DNA of 64,000 bases from Ginglymostoma cirratum (lineage: Eukaryota), in NCBI GenBank assembly GCA_024137785.1, contig JAHRHZ010000145.1, positions 32,113,336 to 32,177,335 on the forward strand. The letters are read 5' to 3'. Of the stretch, positions 39,912 through 52,543 are shown one piece after another. A program made the position numbers and the translations under genes. Below the pieces are notes generated by a model. It had not been told where the DNA came from. It saw only the letters and a program-made list of their open reading frames with translations, and ran no database searches. The stretch's first letter is position 1; each line of letters starts with the position of its first letter.

Positions 39912-40234
39912 ATAGAATCACTAGTGTGGAAGCAGGCCATTTGGCCCATCGAGTCCACACTGACCCACAGAAGAACATCCCACCCCATCCTGCAAATCCT
40001 ATTTTCCACCCAGTCTGCACATCCCTGGACACTATGGGCAATTAAGCATGGCCAATCCGCGTTATCTGCACAACTTCTGGACTGTGGGAGGAGCCCAGAG
40101 CACGTGGCAGAAACCCACGCAGACACGGGGAGAATGCGCAAACTCCACGCAGACAGTTGCCTGAGGGAGGAATCAAACCCAGGTCCCTGGCACTGTGAGG
40201 CAGCAGTGCTAATCACTGAGCCACTGTGCCACCC
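39912..40234 (-). mobile_element. HE1-type V-SINE inserted in the Gypsy RT
   Basis: Full-length match with head gggtggcacagtggctcagtg on the minus strand. Confidence 0.93.
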
Positions 40235-40680
40235 CCCAATGTGTGAATTCTCCAAGAAAGTGGTTTGCTTCTTGAGACACGTTGTCAAAAGTGGCAATAA
40301 TAACACACTCAAAAAAAAGGTCATTCAGGAGTTTCCCTCTCCAAGATCAAAATCTGCAAAGATGTTTAAGGATAATAAACCAACTGGTGCAATTTTTGCC
40401 TCGCGCAACTACCCTCAGGACCCTCGGGGTAGCTCCTCCAGCGAACAAAGTATGGGGTTGAAACCCACATCAAGAGGATATTTTTCAAAAGATCAAAGCA
40501 TGTTGATATTCATGAATGTCCTATACCACCATAATGTGTCCTATCCTAGCTACAAGTTTAAGAGCAGTTCTCTTTCAGAGGAAACCAGACAGTTATTAGA
40601 TACCAATATGCTATGCATCGTGGACTTGTTCCGGCACAAATACGCAATGTATCATGCATTTGCATAGGTATTTGAAGAAC

Positions 40681-41011
40681 TAGAATTGCTACAGTGCAGA
40701 TAGAGGCCATTCGGCCCATCAAGTCTGTACTGACCATCCAAAGAACAGCCCATCCGTAACCACCACCACTTCCCCTTATCCCCACATTTACTATGAATAA
40801 CCCACCTAGCCTGCATATCCCTTGATACTGTGGGCAATTTTAGCATGGCCAATCCACCTAACCTGCTGTGGGACTGTGGGAGGAAATCATAACACCCGGT
40901 GACATGGGGAGAATACGCAAACTGCACACAGACAATCACCCAAGGCAGGAATCAAACCTGTCTCCCTACTGTGAGGGTGCAGAGCTAACCACTGTGCCAC
41001 CGTGCCATCCC
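40681..41011 (-). mobile_element. HE1-type V-SINE
   Basis: tagaattgctacagtgc...gggcaattttagcatggccaatccacc...ctaaccactgtgccaccgtgccatccc. Confidence 0.9.
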
Positions 41012-41039
41012 TGAGATTGTAATTAATAAAAAAGAACCT

Positions 41040-41530
41040 CAAGGATGATAATCTCTGAATTACTATTTGAACAACACATAAACTGTTAAAGGGTCTTGTA
41101 GATTAGAAAGTTACACGCATGGCTCACAAAAAATGGCACGGAAAGAAAGAGTTTCAATTCATGGGGCACTGACACCAGCACCAGAGAAAGGGGGAGGTGC
41201 TCAGCTGAGATAGACTCTACTTCAAATAGATTAGGATGAATGGCCTGGCAAGTAGCATATCCAATTAAATGGAAAGAGATTTAAACTAAAAAAGGGAGTG
41301 ATCAGATAAAGGGGAATTTCTAAACCAAAAGAGAAATGTCAAGACAATACAGTGTATGACTATATGGTTAAAGATATGCAAAGTTGGACAGAAAGAAACA
41401 GAGAGCTTGACAATAATAGTATATCAGTGAATAAAATCCATGCAAACAGTAGCAGTATAAAAAGTAAATTAAATTATTTTTATTTAAATGCACAAAGTTT
41501 TAATAAGCAGATAGGTAAATGAGGTGCACA
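41040..41530 (+). mobile_element. CR1 ORF1 (esterase-like) end and ORF2 start fragment
   Basis: ataatctctgaattact..., ttcatggggcactgacaccag (FMGHWH), tatttaaatgcacaaagt (YLNA.S). Confidence 0.55.
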
Positions 41531-42130
41531 ATAGGAATGTATGGGACTGACATGCTCACTACTGTAGAGACCGGTCCTGTTGTGAGATCTGAAGGGTTGC
41601 AGTGAGGTGAGCACCCCCAAGGATGAAAGGAAGAGGACAATTTCATCAACTAAGCAGCATGGATGGAAATGGTTGAGTTAGTCAAGAGCAAGAACATTCC
41701 CCCTCCAAACTGGAACCTAAAACTAACTCAGGACCTCAAAAGAGCAGGAAACATGTGGAACATAACACTTGCAGATGTCATAGACCACACTTTAACTTAC
41801 CCAGCATTCTCAATGGCAGCACTCCTCATATCAATACATTGTATTATTCCATTCATTCGTTTCCCTCTCCCAACACCTTAGACCTCCATCTAAGTAGCTA
41901 GTCACAGTCACTCTGTGCAAATTATCTTCTCACTGCTATGCCTTACTCATCAGCCATAAATTGTGTCCTACCCTCCTCTTCAGGCAAGCCATTACAACTA
42001 GTCACGCCTCTGAGCTATCTCTCTTTGCAGGAGAGAGCACATCATTTGGTCAGGGTCAGAGATAGCGTGGAGAGAGTGATGAGTAGGCAGTTGCCCTCCA
42101 ATGACAGGCACCCTTGACGGCATTGGCAAT
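41530..42130 (+). mobile_element. Harbinger Myb/SANT-like exon, intron and next acceptor
   Basis: PKDERKRTISSTKQ/AWMEMVELVKSKNIPP..W...DLKRAG, then a C-rich intron and acceptor ctctctttgcag|gagagagcacat at 42030. Confidence 0.55.
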
Positions 42131-42849
42131 ATGTACCCACAGTGACATAAGGTACGTAATTTATATATTTCAATGTCATTTACTGATTGAGTCTGGATTT
42201 TTGTATTTTGAACTACAGGCAAATGAGTTTTCTCTGCGTATCTGAAGTTGCCAAATTTAAGCTTGTAAATATTTCTGCAGCCATATCTTTCTAAAACAAA
42301 GGTAAGAGAGATATTTTTAAATAGTTTTTGTTTGCTTTACTTTAGGAGAATTCATGAGCAAACAATGTGAATAGTGTAATACATTTAGCACTCAGATGGA
42401 AGATTCTGGAAACTTTGGGGGCATGGGGAAGCACCCAGCACTTAACAAAAAGCTTTTGGATTTTAACAGGACAGTTCTGCAGGGTTCTTAGCTGAAGCTG
42501 TATGTGTAAAGCAGGGAGAGGAAGAAAGTGCAAGGCATATGACAGTTTAGAATGGTTCAAAACAGGTTACTTTCGTGCAAGGGATTTAGTATAAGTTCCA
42601 TACCTGAAATGTTCACATAAAACCTTGAAGGGCTTATTCGAAGCTGAGCAGGTCTCAGTTCAGTTTGGTTATATGATGAATTTTAATTTATTTTGTGTCA
42701 CAACTTCCGCTTTATTCGTAAAATCACCTCTGCAACATTTTGTGCATAAGTTTCAGTGTGATACCACCTCATTAAAATCAAAAAGTTAACAAAATATGAA
42801 CTGTCCAGCCAGATTTCGGTCTGAGATGTGAATTGTCCAGTAAGAAAAT

Positions 42850-43760
42850 CGGTCAGGATCATAACACCAGTTACTCCACTGGAGGACAGTCTCATTTCAG
42901 GAGGCTACAGATGTCAGCAGCCCTAAGCGTTTTGGATTCTGGTGCTCAGAGATATCAAGAGAGCTGCTCCTCTGCCTGTGGACTGTGAATTTACTGGCTC
43001 ACACATGACCCCACAATGGCAACTGCAATCCAGTAGGATGTAGTTCAAAGAATCTGCAGTCTGGCATCAAAGTTTCTATCCCTTTAAAGGCAAAGGTTCC
43101 TCCACCCAAAGCCACCAACTAATCAGCTTTTCAGTCGTATCAGTGACTCTGATACTAGTGGCCACTGATGGTAATAAGTATGCCAGGAATGGAGGTATGT
43201 GTGTTGAACCAGCGAGTCAGCCTTGGTGTTGCAAGTGGAGACAGGCCTCACCACCACAGGGTAGATCCCTCCATGGACTACACAGTGCCCAAGGAAGGAA
43301 GTTCTCCATACTTGCTTTCAGTCATTACTGGGCAGCCTCCCAACATGGCACTGAGTACCACAACTACTGACAAAATGCTAACACTGAAGAGTATCAATTA
43401 ATCTCCAGGTGAGAAAGTCATCCATAACCTTTCCTGGCTGTGAGAGAATTGAAATGGAAAGGCAATGGGCCCTGCTCCCTTCATCTGTGTCCTGATTCTA
43501 CAGTCATTCTACCCCCGTAGAAATTCATTTCTTTTCAGCTGGATCTTGGTGTCCAGCCTCTCTGTCCTTTGTGACACGTACAGAGGTGGAAGACAGCTGG
43601 CGTTGCTCTTCCTTCTACTGAAGCTATAAGTGGTGGTGTGACCTCTGTTCTTCCCCTTCAGCAAACCTTAAAAGTAGAGAAACATAAGCTGCTGCCAAGA
43701 GTTTGGTAGGTTAGCATTGAGGAAGTGTAGCTGCAGGTGAGTGAAGTGCTAGGCAGGTAA
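42850..43760. mobile_element. Harbinger-like non-autonomous remnant
   Basis: Shared motifs (ccctttaaagg, tagtggccactg) with the other Harbinger-like blocks; boundaries uncertain. Confidence 0.35.
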
Positions 43761-45774
43761 AATGCCTTTCAAGTTAATAACAATCACCTGTGAAGTTGTG
43801 CCAGCACTTTCTGAAAGAAGAAGTTCTTTAAATAGCAGTTCTCAATGGTCGTGGCTGGAACTCATCAAAGTGTTTGAGTTTGTTAGGTTCACTAAGGGAT
43901 CTCTGCTGTCCACTTGCCTTAGTGACTCTGGCCAGTCATCACCAATAGATTGGGAAACAGGTTCAATAGCAGGTAAAATAGGATTTAGGACTGTAACTTC
44001 TCATATGTATTTTTTAACAACCTCGACTGCTTTTAATTACTTACAAAAGGATCCCGTGATCCGAGATCCCTGTCCTGCTTAAGTGTGCTCATAATCCTTA
44101 AGTTTTAATATTCTTTCATCAATGGGCAGTCGAATTGAAAGACAGTGTAAGTCAAGTTTTTAAATTGAAGATAATTCAGCCTCTTGGAATGTTCACTCAG
44201 TAATAATGTAATTAATGACCTTAATTTTAATAAAAGCATTGTTGGAAGTAATTACCCAAAATATTTTGATAAATTTGATCATGATGGATTCAAGTACATC
44301 AGAAAACCAGTCAGCAACATTTCTAGTAATTTAGGTCTAGTGATTTAGACCCTTAGGCTTAAAAATATTGTATTTTTCTGAATCTAAACACAACTGTAAA
44401 ATGTTGCATGAGAATGTGACATTATCAGCTAGAGTAGGAAGGATTAGCTAAACAATATTGTTTAAAACATTCTTAAATTACTATTTTAGGATATACCCTT
44501 AAGTAGTGCCAAATTGGATGCCTTCTCAACTGTTGCAAAAGTTCCTGATGTCTCAAAGGAGCCAAATTACTGAAAACAGTTAACACAAACAATTTAGTGC
44601 AGGAAAATTATAGGTATTAGTGTCAATCTTTTCCCTTCCACTTTTCCTTATTCATTTTCACCCAGTTTCTGAAATCTTAAATGATCTTCAAATAGAAGAA
44701 AAGGTAAGTTTAGGTAGCATAATTTACTATAACCAATATTAACATCAATCTTTTGGCAGGATAAGTTGGCCAATATTACATGTTCCCTCCTTTCAGGCTA
44801 ATGAGATTCCTCGTCTATGTGATGCGCCACCTAGCAACACAAAGTAGAAGTTAGGAAATTCATTCAAATGTCACAAATTATTGTGAATGGCCCAATCCTA
44901 GAGTGTTCAATCTTCTAACTGAAAATAGTCCTCTCAAATGGTTCAGCTAATGAACTATCTACCCATGCTTTGTGTTTTTAAAGGAAACACGTTTTACAGA
45001 TTCTCTTTTGCAATTTTACACTCAATCAAACAATCCTTTGAATAAATGCTATTTATAGATTGTTGAAGCATGCCAAATACTCCAGTGGTAATCATTATGA
45101 GGAATGTTAGCTGAGTCCGCTCTGTTCAATTGAGATTGAATTCAAAGTGCTTTATTGCAGCACATAAATAATATAATTTATCAGCCTATATTTTCCAGTG
45201 TTTTTAAAATGTTCTCTACGGCCACAAGAAACATCTCATCTTGCTGTCTGCTGCCACAGTCTGGTTGCTTTTCAAAGTGCCAGCTTCTGTTTTTCAATCA
45301 TGAATCCCTTTCTCTGTTTATTTTTAATGAAAATAATCCTGGTATAGGTGCATTATGCAAGTTTTGCAAATTACATGTTTTTTTCATTCACCCACATGTA
45401 CAAATAATTAAGTAACTGGGTATTAAATTTTATCTTTTCCACAGAATCCATGCTTCTAACCCCTTTGATCTGATGATGCTGATACAAGTCTTTTGTGTAT
45501 TATCAAAACATTAGCATAGAACCTTCTTCATATGCCACACATCTTATCTGGGTTGCTCTTCCAATATAATGCTTTTGCATTTTGTAATAGTACAGGTGTG
45601 AATACATCCAGTCGTAGTAGAAATGTCTAATATTCATATTGTAAATGGAAACCTCACAATAACAAATATAAGTGCATGTGTAACACAAAACTGGCTAAAA
45701 TGTCAATTCTATTCAGCTTCTATATCTACTCAGTTTATCTTGATGGTAATGATCTGGAAATTAAAATAATCTTC

Positions 45775-46340
45775 ATGAACGCAGGAATCAATCATTTGGC
45801 CACTTGAATCTGTGTCACCATTCAATCAGATTGTTGCTAATTTGTGCTTCAATTCCATTTTCCCAACTATGTCTCGCACCCCTTGATATGCTTTCTAAGC
45901 AACCCTTTACAATTTTAGTTTTGAAATATGTAATTAATCTAGCAAAAGAACCTTTTGGGGAATACATTCCATTGCTCCACTAAGCTTTGTATAAAAGAGG
46001 GATTTCCAAATGATACTCTTAAATAGTTTAAATGTAATTTTAAGGTTATGACCCACTGTTCTGGAGTACCTCACTAGACAAAATAGCGTCTCCGTATTTA
46101 TCCTATCACATCTCTGTGTTGTTTTAATCCGTTACATTGCCCTTTAGTTGTGTAAACCCAAGTGAATACAAACATGGATTAATTATCCTCACAATTTCAA
46201 TGCTTTAGGAATTCTGGTGAGTCTGCTGCTCCCTATAGTGTGATATGGTGCCCAAAAACTGAAGGCAGAACTGTAGGTGAGGCATCACTGGAGGACAACT
46301 TCCTCCCCTTTGTATTCCAATCCCCTTGAGATAAAGGCGA
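45775..46340 (-). mobile_element. Old CR1 3' end
   Basis: gcaggaatcaatcatttggcc...ccattcaatcagattgttgctaat...tttaaggttatgacccactgttctgg...tgtattccaatccccttgagataaaggc. Confidence 0.7.
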
Positions 46341-46687
46341 TGTTTCATTTCCTTTTTTGTCATCTTCTAGTTGGAACGGATTTGAAGATTACAGTAGCTA
46401 ATGCATCGTTTGAGGGTATTTTTCAATTTCTTAGTTCTTACCTACAGGAATTTACATGCTTTTATTTTTAGGATGCACATTTGTAATGTTTTATATCCAT
46501 CTTTAGCAATTTTTACTATTTAAAATGTTTATGCATAATCAGGATTTCTATCAGGGTAGCTTTTTGTGCTAGATCTTCTGGTGTTCAAACCGTTTGTATT
46601 TACATTTGATATATTCCATTTTCTATGTCCAGGAACCTAATCTGAACTTCTTAATTATAGTTTTGCTCAACTCATAAAGACCTCCTG

Positions 46688-46860
46688 GCACATAAGGAAG
46701 ACAGCCAGCCCATTAAGTTCATGCAGGCTGTCGATAGCGTGATCCAATCAGTCCCCTTCCCTAGTTCTATCCCTGCAGTCTTGCAAGTTTATTTTCATCA
46801 ATTACCCGTTCAATTCGGTTTACAAAACATTCATTGTTCTGCTTTCACCAGCAGTTCCAA
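46688..46860 (-). mobile_element. CR1 extreme 3' fragment
   Basis: ccagcccattaagttcatgcaggct...atccaatcagtcccc...ctatccctgcagtcttgcaagttt. Confidence 0.55.
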
Positions 46861-48541
46861 GAATACATAAAATACCATATTTGATGACTAAAATCTTTAA
46901 TTACAACATGTTTTGATCAATTGGTCATTATTACTCATGTTACTGACCCACCATGATTGCAAGTTTAGAAAATATTCCCACCTTCTGTTTCTCAACATGA
47001 TCCGCTCTCCAGGCTATTTACTTTCTGGTATGTTTTCAGAACTTGTACATCAGAGCTATAGGGTTATACGATACGTAATGCAGTACAGTTTCAATGTTTT
47101 TACATCTGCATTTTCCTTTCTTTTTCCTCTGGCTCTTATGTTAGTAACATCTAAACACCACCTGAGGAGCTAATGAAACTTCTGACACAATTGGTAGCCA
47201 TGAACAATATACTCAGCTGCTTCTGTGATGTGAGGAAGTCAATTTCTATGCCTCTAGATAGCTCATCTTTTCAATATCCAACAGCAGTGTCTTTAACTAA
47301 ATGTAAATCATGCAGAAAATAGTTTTAAAGTTTTGTAGAAATTTTGCTCTATTTGTTCGTGCAGTTGCCATATTGAAAAAGAACTAAAACTGATAGTTTT
47401 GTGTTTGCACAACTTCACCATTTTTCAGGATTCCTAAGTCTTAAGTAAATATATTGCTGGGAGAAATTATCAGTGAAAAATCCATCCAATTTCCCATTAA
47501 ATTCATGTTTTAGTTTGGGACAATATTAGTTGTTCCACAAACAGTTAATTGAACTTGAAAGCTAGCTTTCTAACTTACTAATTTCATTTTGCATTGTAAA
47601 ATTACAGTAAAACTCAGATCAGCAGTCCTAAGATGCTTTCTTTGATTTAAAGTCATGCATAACTTTATAAACCTGCCAAATAAATTCAGTATTGTGTGCT
47701 TGTGTACAAGCCAGTATGATATTCCACAGACTGAAATGACTAACCCTGGTGCTGTGACATATTAGGAGACAAATTCTTCCTTAAAGCTGTTTCGAAGAGA
47801 ATGCTATCAGATTTCTCTGATGATTACTCCTTGTTCAGGCTATCACCCAGGAGCCTTTTATTTTCACCTCTCATTCCTTTGCAGTTCATCCAGTAATTAG
47901 GATGAAATAAATTTAGAACAGGCAGCACCAGAGCAGATGAGGCAGTGGCAACTTGCACTCATTTCATACTGCTGTTGACAGGCAGCCTACTAAATGGTAA
48001 CAAATTGAAGGTTTAAGGAAAGGTGAGATGAAAATAACAAGGAATCAGTATATGAATTAACTATGGTTGCTATTTAGTTAACATTAAAATCACAAATCGT
48101 TAAACACAAGTCCTGCCATAAAATTGTCAGAATCCTGCAATCTTGACAACTGGTCCTAGGTGATTTGGCGAACTCCAAAACCACCAAAGTAAGGAGCAAT
48201 TCAGCTAAAGAATCTAAATAATAGAATGACACATAATTACATTTTGCTGTGTATTATTAGCATTCTTAAGCAACCCTGCATATTTGATTGCAGCAATCTA
48301 TTGATATCTTAAGTCGTAGCAAGTAATCAATGTGTACATCATCTTTCTGTGACTTCATTAACCCAAAAAGTACTGAGGAAAATTACAGATAAATAACAAT
48401 GCAATGGTTTAAGTTTCACCCAGCACACAAATATGTGTGTTAATGTCATTATGCATATGTTCTGAATTTTATTTTGCCAACAATATAAACAAGTAGAAGT
48501 TTAAACTAACAGCAATCAATTAACTTTCTGCAATAAGCTTA

Positions 48542-48920
<379 letters not shown>

Positions 48921-49370
48921 ACCTCAGTCTCTCACAGGCATAATATTATACACCACAAAGAGCTGCTGGTCCACTGCACTGGGCCAATGGCAGAAAGCCA
49001 CTAGCCTAATTCTGAAAGCTGTCTGAGAAGTACATATGTCACATGCTGCTTCTACACATTACTGACTCAGCCTCACAGAGCTCTGCACATGGTAAACCTC
49101 GTCCAACCAGCAGACAGCTGCAATAGCATTCATAAGAATGATTGGGAGATCAGTGCAGTTAAAAGACTTTCACATAGATCAAGGCAAGAACATTTCCGAA
49201 TCATCATTTGACAGCTGCCAACGTATGACAAAACTCACTTGACAGCCCTTTAGTAGTTCATTGTTTACCACGCATCACTTTATTTGGTCATTTATTTTTA
49301 ATATTATTTTTCACATCAGAGTCACGTTAATACATTCAGGTCTGACAAATCAGTATAATGACAGATGGAG
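48921..49370 (-). promoter_or_regulatory. Candidate znf804a proximal promoter
   Basis: TATAATATTA on the minus strand (48950-48941); CCAAT 48984-48988 and ATTGG 49141-49145; GTCACATG E-box ~49038-49045; AP-1 TGACTCA 49063-49069; CAGCTG E-boxes ~49115 and ~49212; TGACAG (MEIS/TGIF-type) at 49209, 49240 and 49359. Motif matches only. Confidence 0.5.
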
Positions 49371-51476
49371 GAGTGTTAAGTTTGGGGTCTCACAGGAGGA
49401 ATAGCATATCAATTTCTATTAGTAAATATTCAGCTCTTTGGGCAAAGTCTAATTGAATTACCACAAGAAAGCAACCACTGCAAACATATTTTCACCCAAC
49501 TAGCAGTAGAAGTGTGCTGTAACTGTGTGCACAACGATTCCTGTGAAATGTTGCTTGATCATGGCTCTCATTCTTGGAATTGCATATTTGTGCTTTATTT
49601 TCCTCTAAATTAGTAGGAAGTCAAAGCACAAGCCATTGTTTTCTCAGACTGTCTTATAAACGGCTCATATTTTTCTTCTGATTGCACATGAACTCTTCGT
49701 GCAATTTGGCTGATGTGTTTAAAATATCCCGGAAGTCTATGAATTCCCAGACAGCTAGCCATATGGGTATTGAATTGAATTATTGTATTGAATTCATCTC
49801 TGGCTGCAGCCTCTAACAGCAAATTTTTTTTGCTCAGTTATCAGTTGCTTGAAATCTGGGCATTTCAATCAACATGATCTAATCAATCTGTTGGATTTTG
49901 TATAGCACTGAATATCTTGTATAATTTTAAGATGAAATATTCAAAATGTGGAAATTAAAGTTTTAACAATATTATTAACATTTACTATTTTACTGATAAA
50001 CCACACTAAAGCAATACCAATCACTTTTGTATGAATTGTCATTTGCCGTGTGCATAATTAGAAAACCATTGGGGGTAGAAATTTATCTATGCTGCTTTTA
50101 ATCAGCCAGTTATCACATCTAGTGAAATCCATCTCTTTGGTATTTTAATGGTCTTATTGTCTGACTTATTTAAAATTCTTGAAAGTTTTATTAAAATAAG
50201 AAATCAAAAATGTACATTCCTAGACAATGAAGTATTAATCTTGACACAACTAGTCCAGTCCATACTGGCTCAGGACATTGTGCATTGGTTGAATATTATT
50301 TATGATATAATCTCACAAACCTTGAGTGTATTCAAATTCAGCTATATAATATTCAATATTTAAAGTACAAGATATTATTGTGCAGACTGATTCAAGTGTA
50401 ACCAAGAAAAAGGTGATCTTGCTTCATAATATTTGTTTCCTGCAGACTTTGATGGCAGATTCCACGGAAAACAAATATTGATAACTTGCTCAACTCTTTT
50501 GCTTTTTGTGATTACGATATGTACATCATTAGGCAAAACTCCTTTCAAAGATACAGCGATGTCCCTGTTCTTGTACTTATATTTCAATTTAATCCTGAAT
50601 GTGTACTGCTCCTTTGCTAGTTTTAGAATGGCATGCATTTTCTTGATCTTGTGAGAAATCCTCAGCTTTATTAAAATGCATTTATTAATTTTCAAATTTT
50701 CAGGAATAACGTACTGTTGAGCTTTCTTTCTATTATCATCTCTGTTTTGCACAGCCCCAGGTCACAGTAAATATCCTGCTTAGGTTGAATCAAATATATG
50801 AATGGTATTGAATCTCTAGGGAATTATGTAATAGTATTGTCCAGTTAGTCGTGCTCAAAAGGGTATTAAATTACCAGCTTGACTCATATGCTTCTTTTTT
50901 ACTTCACTAGGAAATGGCTGATTTTTGACAGCCACTTATAACAATCTGATACAAATCTTTGTTTAACAGCCCACGTCAATTTTAATAGCAAGAGGTGGAA
51001 CCTTATATTCTGAACTAAACTCCAGACAATTCATTCCCAATCATTTAGTGTGCACTGAAGTTGTGGAAAATGACAGTTAAATTGAGCAAATTTGCAGTTG
51101 CAGGATAAGGAAATATCCCTTTCTAAATTATTTTCTGTTGTATTTTCTTCATTGTGTTTCTTTTCACTCTTAGAATCCATCTCTTTTCCAAGGGAGGGAT
51201 TTCTACACTGCATGTGCCTGTTTCCAATCTTTATGCCCATTCGCTTTGATGGGTGAGAAATCACAGTTTGGTGAACACAGAAAACAAGTGATGAATCTCA
51301 ACTATAGTACGTGATAGCAAAACATCGACTGACTTCATGCTGCAGAGTTGTGTGCGCATTGATTTGTGTCCTGTAGACGATGGTAGCCCATTGCCGTTGA
51401 AATTCCAGGAATTCCAAGATGGCTGTAAGTCAATCTATTGCTTTAATATTGAGTAATTTTAATGTTTTCTTGGAAT

Positions 51477-52020
51477 TTGTTTTTATTCAGTCATGCAATG
51501 TCACCATCATTGGCTGGGCCAGCATTTATTGCCCATCTCTAGTTACCCTCGAAGTAGTGGCAGTGAGCTGCCTTCTTCAACTTCTGCAGTCCACAACGCC
51601 ATTAGGGAGGGACGTCCAGGATTTTCACTCAGCAGCACTGAAGGTAGGAAAATATACAAGGTCTCCCAGTTCCCTCCAGGCTGCAGCACTGGACAGCCGC
51701 TGGGAGGTTCTGCACACCAATTGGCACACGGACACATTGACATCCACGTGAAAGTTGCTGCTGTGCACAGACCTTGGAGGTTCACATGGCAGCAAAATTG
51801 ATTGGAGGGAATGTTGCTTACAGGTGGTGGTGTTTCCATGCATCTGCTGCCGTTGCCCTCCGAGGTGGCAGTGGTCGTGGGTTTAAATGATACTGTCTAA
51901 GGAGCCTCGGCGAATAACTGCTCTGCATTTTATAGATGGTACACACTGCTGCTAGTGAGAGTGGGTGCAGGAAGTGAATATTTGTGGATGTGGTGCCAAT
52001 CAAGCAGACTGCTTTGTTGA
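51477..52020 (-). mobile_element. 3' end of the second LINE family (same as 35260-36385) with a ~140-bp foreign insert
   Basis: tttattcagtcatg...ggctgggccagcatttattgcccatctctagttacc...; minus peptide KAVCLIGTTSTNIHFLH...AAVCTIYKM. Confidence 0.88.
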
Positions 52021-52308
52021 GGGGTGCTGCCAAACTCTGTCTCAATAGCAGGACTGGAAGTGCTCAATACCTGTGGCATTAGGTGGGAATGCTAGACATG
52101 TGGTCACCAATTAGTTATTCATGCATGAAGAACATGGAAAAGCATATGGAGTAGGAGGACACAGAGTTAAATGTCCAGTACATTTGTAAAGGGCATCAAA
52201 GAGTTCCTTTCAAACCAACAGCTTCAGTCTGGCTATATGACTGGTAGTTGCTGCTGCAATGTTTTAACCTTCCAACTCCAAGGAAGACTAACTGGTACTC
52301 CCAGAGTG

Positions 52309-52543
52309 ATGTCTCAGAGCAGATACCAAGTCACCCCATGTTTTAGCAGCAGACCCTGTAGATTCTCTTCCAGGCTATCAGGAAAGGCAGGAGATCCTGT
52401 TTCCCAGCCGGAGCAGGAGCTCTTCTCCTACCTAATCAAGGCAGCTTGGACAGAGCTGGCATCGGAGGTTAACAACTATTGAGCCAACACAGAAACTAGA
52501 TCTAGTACGGAATAGGATGAATGATCTGCTGCCCTCTATAAGG
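52309..52543 (+). mobile_element. Harbinger Myb/SANT-like exon
   Basis: MSQSRYQVTPCFS../ILFQAIRK.QEILFPS.../LIKAAWTELASEVNNY*...MNDLLPSIR. Confidence 0.7.

Larger units (their letters stand above)
36950..40675 (+). mobile_element. Decayed Ty3/Gypsy LTR retrotransposon internal region (gag, protease, RT) with nested SINE and CR1 insertions
   Basis: gag DLYALVEKCKCGNSESKFIRDGAVVGITDESLTNLL (~37335-37490); protease NFKFDT (~39030); RT LTQLNEIVVREIHPMSTVNENLAKLSRSRVFMKLDANSKF, ITPLG, DGILLHAETVQEHDQRVHEVLK and CEFSKKVVCFLRHVV. Confidence 0.85.

Noticed and set aside
39924-40667. 247-aa ORF, the longest in the window
   Set aside because: Chance read-through of an antisense HE1 SINE into decayed Gypsy RT.
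13492-41011. Orientation bias of HE1 SINEs (4 of 5 sense to znf804a)
   Set aside because: Sample too small to be meaningful.
42219-42346. Plus-strand AG...GTAAG...TTTAG splice-like pattern
   Set aside because: The implied intron is only ~45 nt and there is no coherent ORF; likely chance.
45503-45688. Tyr/Cys-rich 61-aa ORF in intron 1
   Set aside because: No similarity to ZNF804A downstream exons or any family I recognise; no clear splice sites.
50375-50752. 125-aa Lys/Ile-rich minus ORF upstream of znf804a
   Set aside because: Non-ATG start, AT-driven composition, and no recognisable homology or splice support.
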